Assembly: GCA_965223545.1 (NCBI GenBank)
Contig: OZ245006.1
Location: forward strand, 4,096,001 to 4,160,000
DNA from: Planctomycetota bacterium
GTDB lineage: Bacteria > Planctomycetota > UBA1135 > UBA2386
Direction of reading: 5' to 3'
Length of the DNA: 64,000 nucleotides
Notes under the pieces: generated by a model
What the model was told of the DNA's origin: nothing
The model's database searches: none
What the model saw: only the letters and a program-made list of their open reading frames with translations
Shown: positions 38,518-48,261 of the stretch, in pieces
Position numbering within the stretch: position 1 is the first letter of the stretch
How the letters are laid out: every line of letters begins with the position of its first letter
Translations under genes and position numbers: made by a program

Positions 38518-39588
38518 TCAGCCGCGCGCGGCCAAGAACAACGCGGCCTTGGCGAATACCTTGCGCGCCGCGGTGGTCCATGGCACCAGCGCATCGTCCG
38601 GTCTGGCGGCCGTCAAGTTGGGACCGGGGCGGATCGGGTGCTGGGCCTGGTGCACGATCAAGCGGATACGGTGGTGGGTGATGGAGTGCCGCACCGTGGT
38701 GACCACCGGCCCCACTCGGGTCGAGATGCCGAACCGCGCGCGCAGCGCGGACTCGAGGTCTCCTGGGTTCGGCGCCGGCACCAACAGACCGGCGCCGGGG
38801 AGTTCGAGCTGGCCTTGGTTGACCTCGCCCTCGGCGATGCGCGTGCCGAGCACCCGGCCGCGCGACACCGGCACCAGCAGGGCGCGGGCGACGACCTCGA
38901 CCATGGCGCGGCGGCGGGGCACCGCCGGCAGCTGGTCGACGATCCCGCGGGCCCGCGCCACGCAATCCACCGCCAGGGGGCAGTCGTCGCAGCGCGGCGT
39001 CTTGGGAGTGCACACCGTCGCGCCGAGTTCCATCAGGGCCTGGTTGAAGTCGCCAGGCCGTCGCTGGTCGAGCCAGTCGGCGGCGGTGGCGCGGATCTCG
39101 CCGGCCGCCGGTTGCCGCTTCGGTGGATCCTCGATGGCGCGGTGTCGGGCGAGCACGCGCTCGACGTTGCCGTCGACCGCTGGCACAGCGAGGCCGAACG
39201 CGATCGAGCCGATGGCGCCCGCGGTGTACTCACCGACGCCGGGCAGGCTGCGCAGCCCGTCGACCGACGCCGGCACCTCGCCGCCGTGCTCCGCGATCAG
39301 CCGCTGGGCGGCCGCCCGCAGCAGGCGCGCGCGGTTGTAGTAGCCCAGGCCGCGCCATGCCGCGAGCAGGGTGTCGTCGCTGGCTTCGGCCAGGGCTGCC
39401 GGTGTCGGAAACTTCTGCAAGAACGCGGGATACAACCGCGCAACAACCTCGACCCGGGTCTGCTGCAGCATGATCTCGCTGACCCAGATGGCCCACGGGT
39501 CGCGCTGCTCGCGCCACGGCAGTGCCCGGTGGTGCGCGTCGTACCAGGCCAGCAGCCGCCGGGTCGGACTCGTGCGCACGGTTCCCAC
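38518..39588 (-). CDS. mutY: A/G-specific adenine glycosylase MutY
   Basis: WVSEIMLQQT, LGYY.RA, HhH LPGVGEYTA, VDGNV, C-x6-C-x2-C-x5-C. Confidence 0.93.
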   Translation of the reverse strand: MGTVRTSPTRRLLAWYDAHHRALPWREQRDPWAIWVSEIMLQQTRVEVVARLYPAFLQKFPTPAALAEASDDTLLAAWRGLGYYNRARLLRAAAQRLIAEHGGEVPASVDGLRSLPGVGEYTAGAIGSIAFGLAVPAVDGNVERVLARHRAIEDPPKRQPAAGEIRATAADWLDQRRPGDFNQALMELGATVCTPKTPRCDDCPLAVDCVARARGIVDQLPAVPRRRAMVEVVARALLVPVSRGRVLGTRIAEGEVNQGQLELPGAGLLVPAPNPGDLESALRARFGISTRVGPVVTTVRHSITHHRIRLIVHQAQHPIRPGPNLTAARPDDALVPWTTAARKVFAKAALFLAARG

Positions 39589-39675
39589 CCGCTTGATTAT
39601 GGCGACGTTACCCCAGCAGAATCCAGGACTTGCGCAAATCGGTTGCGTTCCCCCGGCGGCGGCCGCGCAGCGCGA

Positions 39676-40512
39676 CTACCGCGCACCTTCGCCAGTGTCA
39701 GCGCCGGCGCTCGAATCGCGCTCGAGCCCCAGGCGGGCGCGGAGGTCGGCCTCGGCGCGCTCCAGCTTCTGCTCGAGCTCGGCGCCGTCGTGGTGTTCGC
39801 CGTAGAGCGTGATCCGGATCCCGTCACCACCGTCCGGCCCCGACAGCCGGGCGCGGCTGTGGGTGCCCGGGTAGCGGCGCGAGAGATCGGCCAGGACCCG
39901 ACTGAGCGCCGACTCGTCCCGGCCGGGGTATTCGATCCGGCGCACCAGCTTGTGCACGCCACGGCTGGCGGTGGAGATTTCGGGCAGCACGTACAGATCG
40001 AACATGCGCTGCATCTCCTGCGGTACCCCGGGCAGCATGAACAGACGAGTGGGGCCGACCTCGAGCGAGACCGCGGGGCCGGCGCCGATCGGGTTCTCGA
40101 GCGCGGTGGCGCCTTCGGGCAGCATCGCCATCTTGAGCCGGTCCTCGTTGAGGTCGGGGTTGCGGACGATGCCCTTCGCGTAGAGGCGCCGGTAGGCGGT
40201 CGCCAGCATGCCGGCGGCGGCCTCGTCGCGCGCCAGCGGCAGGCCGCATGCCTCGGCGACGCTCTCGCGGGTGTTGTCGTCGTGCCCCGGGCCCATGCCC
40301 CCGGTGGTCAGCAGGTAGCGCGGCTGCTGCGCGATCGCCGCGCGGAAGGCCGGCACCATGGCCTCGGCGTGGTCGTCCAGCACCTGGATGCCGAGCACGC
40401 GGCAGCCCGCGTCGGTCAGCTTGCCCGCCATGAAGTTCGCGTTGCGGTCGAGGACGAGACCCTCGAGAAGCTCGCGGCCGACGCAGAAGATGGTGGCGGT
40501 GTGATCGTGCAA
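39676..40512 (-). CDS. CinA N-terminal/molybdopterin-binding domain protein (no PncC domain)
   Basis: VGRELLEG...D.N, TTGGMGPGHDDNT, ENPIG, LPGVP.EM; start uncertain. Confidence 0.8.
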   Translation of the reverse strand: MHDHTATIFCVGRELLEGLVLDRNANFMAGKLTDAGCRVLGIQVLDDHAEAMVPAFRAAIAQQPRYLLTTGGMGPGHDDNTRESVAEACGLPLARDEAAAGMLATAYRRLYAKGIVRNPDLNEDRLKMAMLPEGATALENPIGAGPAVSLEVGPTRLFMLPGVPQEMQRMFDLYVLPEISTASRGVHKLVRRIEYPGRDESALSRVLADLSRRYPGTHSRARLSGPDGGDGIRITLYGEHHDGAELEQKLERAEADLRARLGLERDSSAGADTGEGAR

Positions 40513-40635
40513 GCGGACGGTCCAGAGGGGCGGAATCGCCCCGCGAAGATACCGCAACGCGCGCGTTGATAGCCACATTCGGGCGCGCGAAGATAGGAGC
40601 AGACAACCCGGCTCCGGCCCGCGGCAGCACAGCCC

Positions 40636-43179
40636 ATGAGCGATTCGTCCCCTCCGACCTCCGGCGGCACCATCACCGATCTCCAGCTCGAGCAGGAGAT
40701 GCGGGAAAGCTATCTAAACTACTCGATGAGCGTGATTTACAGTCGCGCTCTGCCGGACGTGCGCGACGGGCTCAAGCCGAGCCAGCGGCGGATCCTGGTC
40801 GCGATGAACGACCTGAATCTCGGCCCGCGCGCCAAGCACCGCAAGTGTGCCAAGATCTGCGGCGACACGTCGGGCAACTACCACCCGCACGGCGAGTCGG
40901 TGGTCTACCCGACCTTGGTGGGTTTGGCGCAGCCGTTCACCACCCGCTATCCGCTGGTCGACAGCCAGGGCAACTTCGGCGCCATCGACGGCAGTCCGCC
41001 GGCGGCGATGCGCTACACCGAGGCGCGGATGGGCGCGGCCGCGGTGCACATCCTCGAGGATCTCGACAAGGAGACCGTCGAGTTCCGTCCCAACTACGAC
41101 GACCGCCTCAACGAGCCGGAGTACCTGCCGTCCAAGTTCCCCAACTTGCTGTGCAATGGCTCCACCGGCATCGCCGTCGGCATGGCGACCAGCCTGCCGC
41201 CGCACAACCTGCGCGAGGTCGCGTCCGCGATCAAGCTGGTGCTCGACAACCCCAGGGTCAGCGTCGACGAGATCATGCAGGTGCTGCCGGGACCCGACTT
41301 CCCGACCGGCGGGACGATCATGGGCCGCTCGGGTCTGCGCGCCGCCTACTTGACCGGCCGGGCCAACATCCAAGTGCGCGGCACCTACCACATCGAGGAG
41401 CGGCGCAACCGCAAGCAGATCGTCTTCACCGAGGTGCCCTACCAGGTGAAGATCAACACCATCCTCGAGCGCATCGTGCACCTGGCCAAGACCGGTCAGA
41501 TCGACACGATCGCCGACGTCAACGACGAGACCAGCGACCGGGTCGGCCTGCGACTGGTGGTCGAGCTCAAGCGCGGCGTCGACGACGAGAGCGTGACGCT
41601 CAACCAGCTGTTCAAGCTGAGCCCGCTGCAGAGCACGTTCAGCATCATCAATCTGGCGATCGATCGCGGCCAGCCGCGCACGCTCGGTATCAGGCCCCTG
41701 CTCGAGGCGTACCGCGACCACCGCTTCGACGTGATCCGCCGCCGGACCCGCTACCTGCTGCGGCGGGCGGAGGAGCGGCTGCACATCCTCGAGGGTCTGC
41801 GCATCGCCGTCGCCAACATCGACGAGGTGGTCGAGACCATCAAGACGTCGTCCAGCACCGACGAGGCGCGCACGAGGCTGCGCGAGCGTTTCGAGCTCAC
41901 CGACCTGCAGGCCCGCGCTATCCTCGACATGCGGCTGCGGACGCTGACCGGGCTGGAGATCGAGAAGCTGCAGGCCGAGTACGACGAGGTCCGCGAGAAG
42001 ATCGCCTACTACAAGGAGATCCTGGAGAACGAGTCGGTGGTGGTGCGTCTGGTCAAGAAGGACCTCGACGAGATGGTCTCGGCGTTCGGCGACGAGCGGC
42101 GCACCAAGATCTCCGAGGAGGAAGTGCAGAGCTTCGTCGACGAGGACCTGATCGCCGAGGAGATGATGGTGGTGACGGTCAGCCACCAGGGCTACATCAA
42201 GCGCACCCCGCTCGATCAGTACCGCAGCCAGGGGCGCGGGGGCAAGGGTGTGCAGGCGGGCGAGACCAAGGAGGGCGACTTCTTGGCGCAGCTGTTCGTC
42301 GCCAGCACGCACGACTACTTCTTGTTCTTCAGCGACCGCGGCCGGGTCTACTGGCGCAAGGTCTATCAGCTGCCGCAGTTCAGCCGCACTGCGCGCGGCC
42401 GTTCACTGGCCAACGTGGTGCAGACCCAGGTCGAGGACGAGCGCATCACCAAGATCCTGCGCGTCGAGGACTTCGACGACCGCTTCCTGCTGACGGCGAC
42501 GGAGAACGGCCTGATCAAGAAGACGCCGCTCGAGGCCTACAGTCGGCCCAAGCGGGGCGGCATCATCGCGGTGGGGCTCGACGACGCCGACCGGCTGATC
42601 GGCGTCGGGCTGGCGCGCAAGGGCGAGTCCATCGTGCTCGGCACCGCCGGCGGCATGGCGATCCGCTTCGACGAGGGCGATGTTCGCGCGATGGGGCGCA
42701 GCGCTCGTGGAGTGCGCGGCATCAAGCTCAAAGACGGCGACCAGGTCGTCGACATGGTGATCACCGACGAGGGCCGCAAGCTGCTGACGATCTGCGAGAA
42801 CGGCTACGGCAAGCGCACGCCGGTGGAGGACTACCGGGTGCAGGGTCGCGGTGGCCAGGGCCTGATCGACATCCGCACCACGGAGCGCAACGGCAAGGTG
42901 GTCGAGCTGCTGGCGGTCGGGGATCACGACGAGCTGATGATGGTCTCCGCCGCCGGGCAGATCGTGCGCACGCCGGTCTCCGGCATCAGCGTGGTCGGAC
43001 GCAACACCCAAGGAGTGCGCTGCATCACCTTGGCGGACGACGATCGCCTGGTCTCGTGCGCGCTCGTCGCCAACGAAGAACCCGGAGGTGATCTCGATCC
43101 GGCCCCCGATGGGGCTGCCGGCGGGGCGCCCGGTGGCGACCCCGATGCGCCCGCCGCGCCGGAGCCGAGCGAGGAGTGA
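40636..43179 (+). CDS. gyrA: DNA gyrase subunit A
   Basis: RALPDVRDGLKP, catalytic AAMRYTE, GyrA box QGRGGKG, C-terminal pinwheel repeats. Confidence 0.96.
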   Translation: MSDSSPPTSGGTITDLQLEQEMRESYLNYSMSVIYSRALPDVRDGLKPSQRRILVAMNDLNLGPRAKHRKCAKICGDTSGNYHPHGESVVYPTLVGLAQPFTTRYPLVDSQGNFGAIDGSPPAAMRYTEARMGAAAVHILEDLDKETVEFRPNYDDRLNEPEYLPSKFPNLLCNGSTGIAVGMATSLPPHNLREVASAIKLVLDNPRVSVDEIMQVLPGPDFPTGGTIMGRSGLRAAYLTGRANIQVRGTYHIEERRNRKQIVFTEVPYQVKINTILERIVHLAKTGQIDTIADVNDETSDRVGLRLVVELKRGVDDESVTLNQLFKLSPLQSTFSIINLAIDRGQPRTLGIRPLLEAYRDHRFDVIRRRTRYLLRRAEERLHILEGLRIAVANIDEVVETIKTSSSTDEARTRLRERFELTDLQARAILDMRLRTLTGLEIEKLQAEYDEVREKIAYYKEILENESVVVRLVKKDLDEMVSAFGDERRTKISEEEVQSFVDEDLIAEEMMVVTVSHQGYIKRTPLDQYRSQGRGGKGVQAGETKEGDFLAQLFVASTHDYFLFFSDRGRVYWRKVYQLPQFSRTARGRSLANVVQTQVEDERITKILRVEDFDDRFLLTATENGLIKKTPLEAYSRPKRGGIIAVGLDDADRLIGVGLARKGESIVLGTAGGMAIRFDEGDVRAMGRSARGVRGIKLKDGDQVVDMVITDEGRKLLTICENGYGKRTPVEDYRVQGRGGQGLIDIRTTERNGKVVELLAVGDHDELMMVSAAGQIVRTPVSGISVVGRNTQGVRCITLADDDRLVSCALVANEEPGGDLDPAPDGAAGGAPGGDPDAPAAPEPSEE

Positions 43180-43183
43180 AGCG

Positions 43184-43627
43184 ATGGGACCCCTTCAGCA
43201 ACGGCTCACCGACGACATGAAGACGGCGCTCAAGGCGGGCGACAAGCCCCGCTTGGCCGTGCTCCGCTTGATGATCGCGGCGCTCAAGGATGTGCAGCTG
43301 AAGGTCGCGCGCGACGACCTCACCGAGGCGGAGGAGACCGAGGTGCTGCAGAAGGCGGTCAAAGCGCGTCGCGACGCCGTGGCCCAGGCGCGCGAGCTCG
43401 GCCGGCAAGACGTGGTCGACGCCGAGTCGGCCGAGATCGAGGTGATCCAGGGCTACTTGCCGCAGATGTTATCGGGCGATGCGCTGATGGCGGCCGTGCG
43501 CGAAGTGGCGGCCGCGGTCGACTACTCGGGGCCGCGCGACACCGGCGCGTTCATGAAGGAGTTCATGGCTCGCTACAAGGGGCGCGCCGAGGGTCGCGAA
43601 GTGCAAGCCGCGCTCAAGCAGCTGTAG
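43184..43627 (+). CDS. GatB/YqeY domain protein
   Basis: LTDDMKTALKAGDK, EIEVIQGYLPQ. Confidence 0.9.
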   Translation: MGPLQQRLTDDMKTALKAGDKPRLAVLRLMIAALKDVQLKVARDDLTEAEETEVLQKAVKARRDAVAQARELGRQDVVDAESAEIEVIQGYLPQMLSGDALMAAVREVAAAVDYSGPRDTGAFMKEFMARYKGRAEGREVQAALKQL

Positions 43628-43653
43628 CGAGCGACCGCCAGCGGCGCCCGCCC

Positions 43654-44460
43654 TCACCACGGGATCCGCAGCGGTGTCGCGCCGGGCACGCACGCGTAGC
43701 CCGAGAAGTCGGTGACGCCCGCTTCGCGCAGGACGTCTTCGTCGAGCAAGGCTTGGCCGGTGCGCTGTGCCGGATCGGTCTTGACGATCGCGACCGTGGC
43801 GTCGGCGACGATGTCGGCCTTGCGCCAGTCGCGCTCCTGTCCCAGCCCCAAGTTCTTGGTCGCCAAGCTCTCGATCAGCGTCACCGGCCAGAGCGAATTG
43901 ACCGCGATGCCGCTGCCGGCGAGCTCGCCCGCCAGGCCGTGCGTGATCATCGTCATGCCGAACTTGGAGATCATGTACGCGATGCGGCCCGCACACATGC
44001 GCGGCTCGATCGGCGGCGCCATGTTGACGATGTGGCCGAAGCCGGCCGCGCGCATCGACGGCAGCACGGCCTGGCAGGCGTAGAACGGGCCGCGGCAGTT
44101 GACGTCCATCACCAGGTCGAAGCGCTTGGCGGGGGTCTCCTCGATCGGTTTCCACCAAGCGGCGCCGGCGTTGTTGATCAGAATGTCGATGCGGCCGAAC
44201 TTCGCCAGCGCCTGCTCCACGGCCGCCTCGATCTGCTCGACCTGGCGCACGTCGGTCTGCACCGGCAGGGCGCGGCGACCGAGCGCCTCGACCTCGGCGG
44301 CGACGTCGACGATCGTCCCGGGGAGGACTCGGTGCGGCGTCATGGATTTGGCGGCCAGCACGACGTCACAGCCCTCGCGCGCCAGCGCCAGGGCGACGGC
44401 GCGGCCGATGCCGCGGCTGGCGCCGGTGATGAGAGCCACTCGGTCGGTCAGGTCGTTCAT
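43654..44460 (-). CDS. Short-chain dehydrogenase (HSDL2-like)
   Basis: TGASRGIG, NNAG, YMISK, NSLWP. Confidence 0.9.
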   Translation of the reverse strand: MNDLTDRVALITGASRGIGRAVALALAREGCDVVLAAKSMTPHRVLPGTIVDVAAEVEALGRRALPVQTDVRQVEQIEAAVEQALAKFGRIDILINNAGAAWWKPIEETPAKRFDLVMDVNCRGPFYACQAVLPSMRAAGFGHIVNMAPPIEPRMCAGRIAYMISKFGMTMITHGLAGELAGSGIAVNSLWPVTLIESLATKNLGLGQERDWRKADIVADATVAIVKTDPAQRTGQALLDEDVLREAGVTDFSGYACVPGATPLRIPW

Positions 44461-44513
44461 CGCGATTGTTTGCCGCCCCGTCGTTCGCGCCGACACGCTA
44501 CAATGCCCGCACC

Positions 44514-45053
44514 ATGCGCGCCGCTACCATTCTGCTGTTCGGTCTCTCTCTGACGGCCTGCAACGAGCCGCCGACGGCGACGTCGCAGCCGGTTGCCGGC
44601 GGGCTCGACGCCGCTGTGCCCCGCACCGAGGCATTGGGCGCCAAGCTCAGCGCCGACCGATACGAATTGATCGCCGATGGCGTCTACGAGGGCCCGGCGC
44701 TCGACGTCGCCGACGTTTTGGCCGAGCCGGCGCGCTTCGCCGGTGATCAGCCGCTGCGCCTGGCGGGCGAGATCGTGTCCGTCTGTCAGAACAAGGGTTG
44801 TTGGCTGCGCATGGGCTCGGATGAGACCAACCTCTTCGTCAAGTTCGGCCAGTGCGACCGCTATGTGCCCAAGGACGCCGCCGGCCGCGCGGTGTTGGTC
44901 GAGGGTCTGCTGACGATGGAGGAGGTATCGGTCGACGAGCAGCGCCACTTGCTCGAAGACGCCGGCAAGCACGAAGAGGCGGCGCAGGTGAGTGCCCCGG
45001 TGCGCCAGCCGCGCTTCCAGGCCAGCGGAGCCGCCATCGCCAAGGCGCAGTGA
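44514..45053 (+). CDS. DUF4920-like lipoprotein
   Basis: Lipobox LTAC; VCQNKGCW, VPKDAAG. Confidence 0.75.
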   Translation: MRAATILLFGLSLTACNEPPTATSQPVAGGLDAAVPRTEALGAKLSADRYELIADGVYEGPALDVADVLAEPARFAGDQPLRLAGEIVSVCQNKGCWLRMGSDETNLFVKFGQCDRYVPKDAAGRAVLVEGLLTMEEVSVDEQRHLLEDAGKHEEAAQVSAPVRQPRFQASGAAIAKAQ

Positions 45054-45189
45054 CCCCGATTGGGCGGGTGCCGAGGCGAAAGCGCGGAGTTTCGCGGTCC
45101 CCCCCGCGCTGTGGGGTTGGCGGTGCCGCCCCACCGCCCGCGCCGGGTTAGGATTCTCGGCCCACCGCCCGCTCGTCCAGGAGCCCCCC

Positions 45190-46608
45190 GTGCAACCGAT
45201 CTCTACTATCCTCGCCCTGCTCGGTGCCGCGCTGCCGGCGCAGGACCCGCCCTCGACCGATGCGGCGCTGGTCGGCGAAGCGCCGATCGCCGAACCCGCC
45301 GATGGCATCCGGATCGATGGTGTCGCGCTGGACAATGCCCGCTGCATCCACGATCCGCGCGGTGTTCTGCAGGTCTCCGGCAAGCTGGACGGGGTGCGCC
45401 GCGCGTGGCGGATTCGTTTTCCCGAGCTCGCGCTGTTGGAGCCCGAGGTGCACGAGATCGGGAAGAGAGAGGATCAAGTCCGCGTGCTGGTCTTTCACGC
45501 CGATCGCGCCGCTCCCGCGCAAACGGGCGAGACGGGCGGGGATGGGGTGGGTGCCCCGGCTGCACCGGCGCGGGTGTGGGAGCCGATGTCGAACGGGCGG
45601 TTGGTGGTCACGCGCCACGATCTCGATCGCTTCGAGGGAGCCATCAAGTGGCGTGACGAGAGCAAGCTGCGCACGGTCGAGGTCTCATCAGCGGTGGAGG
45701 TGCGCCGCGTTCGGCAGCCGTCGGTGATCGGCGCGCCCGAGGAGCAGCCTGCGTCGCCGGCGCCGGCCGACCAGCCCGCCCCGGAGGACTTGGTGTTCTG
45801 TGCCATCGGCAACACCGGCACCGGCATGCCGGGGGCGGCGCGCGTGGTGTCCCAGATCGCGGACCTGGCCGCGAGTGGTCCGCTCGACATGGTGTTGCTC
45901 ACCGGCAACGTGCTGGGGCCCAACGGCGTGCAGTCGCGCGATGACGGTGCCTGGCAGACCTACTTCGAACACCTGTTCGACCGCCAGCGGCTGGACGTGC
46001 CCTTCTACGTCGCGCTCGGCGCGCAGGAGCGCGAGGGCGACGAGTCGGCGATGATCAACTACGGCGGCTTCGGCACGCGCTGGACGTTCCCCAAGTTCAG
46101 CTACTCGTTCGAGCTCGAGAGCCATGGCCAGAAGTTCTTGTTCGTCAGCGCCGACACGATCTCGATGGTGCAGGACTTGACCGACCCCCTCGCCCGGGCG
46201 GCCAACCGTTTCGTCACCCAACCCGTCGACCAGCGCGAAGCCGATTGGAAGATCGTGTTCGGCCACCTGCCGCTCTTCAGCGGTGGCCCCATCGGCAGGG
46301 ACCCAGCGTCGGCCGAGCTGCGCAAGCGACAGATCAACTGGTTCGAGAAGGGCGGCGTCGATCTCTACATCGGTGGCGCCGACCACACCATCGAGCTCAT
46401 CGGTCCTCACCGCGGCACGTTCCACGTCAATGCCGGTGGCGGTGGTGGACCGGAGACGGCCGATCCGGTGCACTGGCAGGACGACACGGTGTACGCGTTC
46501 ACCGGTGGTGGCTTCGTGTGGTTCCGCTTCGACGGCAAGCAGCTCGAGGTCTCCCTGCGGGACATCGATGGTGTGGTGCGCTACACGCACTACATCACCA
46601 AGTCGTAG
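45190..46608 (+). CDS. Exported protein with degenerate purple-acid-phosphatase-like metallophosphoesterase domain
   Basis: Signal peptide; motif positions IGNTG, TGNVL, LGAQE, FGHLP, GGADH; WKIVFGH context. Confidence 0.7.
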   Translation: MQPISTILALLGAALPAQDPPSTDAALVGEAPIAEPADGIRIDGVALDNARCIHDPRGVLQVSGKLDGVRRAWRIRFPELALLEPEVHEIGKREDQVRVLVFHADRAAPAQTGETGGDGVGAPAAPARVWEPMSNGRLVVTRHDLDRFEGAIKWRDESKLRTVEVSSAVEVRRVRQPSVIGAPEEQPASPAPADQPAPEDLVFCAIGNTGTGMPGAARVVSQIADLAASGPLDMVLLTGNVLGPNGVQSRDDGAWQTYFEHLFDRQRLDVPFYVALGAQEREGDESAMINYGGFGTRWTFPKFSYSFELESHGQKFLFVSADTISMVQDLTDPLARAANRFVTQPVDQREADWKIVFGHLPLFSGGPIGRDPASAELRKRQINWFEKGGVDLYIGGADHTIELIGPHRGTFHVNAGGGGGPETADPVHWQDDTVYAFTGGGFVWFRFDGKQLEVSLRDIDGVVRYTHYITKS

Positions 46609-46630
46609 ACCGCCGGCGGAACTCAGTCCC

Positions 46631-47179
46631 TTGCCGCTTCAGCCCTGGCAGCATCTCGGCGAAGAGCGGTTGGTGCGCTTCAAGGTGTTCGACGTCGCGC
46701 GCTGTCGGCGCCGGTCACCGCGCACCGGTGCCGAGATCGACATGTTCACGATCCGCACCCTCGACTGGGTGCACATCGTGCCGGTCACCACCGATGGCCG
46801 CTTCGTTCTCGTGCGCCAGTACCGACACGGTTCGTGCGCGTTCTCGGTCGAGCTGCCGGGCGGCGCGATCAGCGAGCCGGGCGAGTCGCCGGAGCAGGCC
46901 GCCGTGCGGGAGTTGCTGGAGGAGACCGGCTACGCCCCACGACGCATGCTGTCGTTGGGCTCGGTCAACCCCAACCCCGCTCTGTTCGGCAACCGGTGCT
47001 ACACGTTCTTGGCGGAAGACTGCGACCGCGTGGCCGAGCCGCAGCTCGATCTCGGCGAAGACCTGGAGGTTCTGACCGTGACGCGCGGTGAGCTCGACGC
47101 GCTGGTGCGGCGGGGCGAGGTCGACCACGCGCTGGTCTGTGCCGGCATGTATTTGTACGACTTGCGCGCGCGCGGCTGA
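46631..47179 (+). CDS. NUDIX hydrolase (ADP-ribose pyrophosphatase-like)
   Basis: LVRQYR, ELPGG...AAVRELLEETGY; start uncertain. Confidence 0.88.
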   Translation: MPLQPWQHLGEERLVRFKVFDVARCRRRSPRTGAEIDMFTIRTLDWVHIVPVTTDGRFVLVRQYRHGSCAFSVELPGGAISEPGESPEQAAVRELLEETGYAPRRMLSLGSVNPNPALFGNRCYTFLAEDCDRVAEPQLDLGEDLEVLTVTRGELDALVRRGEVDHALVCAGMYLYDLRARG

Positions 47180-47193
47180 GCGGGCCGCACGTG

Positions 47194-47877
47194 CTACCAG
47201 CGGCGGACGGTGCCGTCGGTCTCCCCGACCAAGACCCGGCCGGCCATGCCGACGAACAAGCCGTTGTCGATGACACCGGGAATCGCGTTGAGCGTGCGCT
47301 CCAGCTCGGCCGGCTCGGTGATGTGTTTGAACTTGCAGTCGAGTACGTAGTTGTCGTTGTCGGTGCGCGCTGGCACGCCGTGCTCCGCGTTGCGCAGCAC
47401 CGCCTCGACGCCGAGCCGCGCGATCGCGCGAGCGGCTTGTCGCCAGCCGAACGGCATCACTTCGACGGGCAGGGCGAAGGTGCTGCCGAGACGTTCGACC
47501 ACCTTGTTGGCGGACACCACGACCACCAGCTCGTCCGCCGCCGCGGCGACGATCTTCTCGCGGACCAGCGCACCGCCGCCACCCTTGATCAGGACCTTGG
47601 CGCCATCCACTTCGTCCGCGCCGTCGATGGCGAGGTCCAGCGCGTCGATCGACTCCAGGTCGCCGAGGGGTAGACCCAGCTCCCGCGCGCGCCGCGCGGT
47701 CGCCTCGCTGGTCGGAACCCCGATGACATCGAGGCCTTCGTCGCGGACGCGCTGCTGGAGCCGGTCCAGAACGTGCACGAACGTCGAGCCGGTGCCGAAG
47801 CCGACGCGCATGCCGGATTCGACGAGCTCGGCGGCGGCATGGCCCGCCGCCTTCTTGGCCAGGTCGGTGGCTTGCAT
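47194..47877 (-). CDS. rpiA: Ribose-5-phosphate isomerase A
   Basis: GFGTGST, IDGADEVD, IKGGGGALVREK. Confidence 0.95.
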   Translation of the reverse strand: MQATDLAKKAAGHAAAELVESGMRVGFGTGSTFVHVLDRLQQRVRDEGLDVIGVPTSEATARRARELGLPLGDLESIDALDLAIDGADEVDGAKVLIKGGGGALVREKIVAAAADELVVVVSANKVVERLGSTFALPVEVMPFGWRQAARAIARLGVEAVLRNAEHGVPARTDNDNYVLDCKFKHITEPAELERTLNAIPGVIDNGLFVGMAGRVLVGETDGTVRRW

Positions 47878-47959
47878 GGCGGTGGGCATCATGCGCAATT
47901 CACAGCCGAGGGCCGGCGTAAAACCCCCCTCTTGCCCTGGCCCGCCGCGTGGCGCAATA

Positions 47960-47974
47960 TGAGACTGGATCTCA
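47960..47974. promoter_or_regulatory. Candidate Fur-like operator upstream of feoA
   Basis: TGAGACT-G-GATCTCA 7-1-7 near-palindrome 40 bp before feoA. Confidence 0.5.
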
Positions 47975-48014
47975 ACTGACCGGCCGGTCTTGGCCGATCT
48001 CACCTACACCCTGA

Positions 48015-48260
48015 ATGCAGCCCTTGACCCACGTGACCCTCGATACCCTGGCGCCCGGAGCGACCGGAATCGTTCTGCGCGTCGACGGCGGTGACGCGAT
48101 CGCCGAGCGTCTCGAAGCCCTCGGGTTTTGGACCGGTACCCCGGTCTCGGTGGCGCGCTGTGCTCCGTTCGGTGACCCGGTCGAGTATCGGTTGCGCGGA
48201 TTCCGGCTCGCGCTGCGCCGGGTCGAGGCGGCGCGTGTTCTGGTGACCGCGGGCACCTGA
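48015..48260 (+). CDS. feoA: Ferrous iron transport protein A
   Basis: RLEALG...APFGDP...LALRR.EA. Confidence 0.92.
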   Translation: MQPLTHVTLDTLAPGATGIVLRVDGGDAIAERLEALGFWTGTPVSVARCAPFGDPVEYRLRGFRLALRRVEAARVLVTAGT

Positions 48261-48261
48261 G

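Noticed and set aside
40636..43179. Topoisomerase IV ParC
   Set aside because: GyrA box QGRGGKG is present at the start of the C-terminal domain
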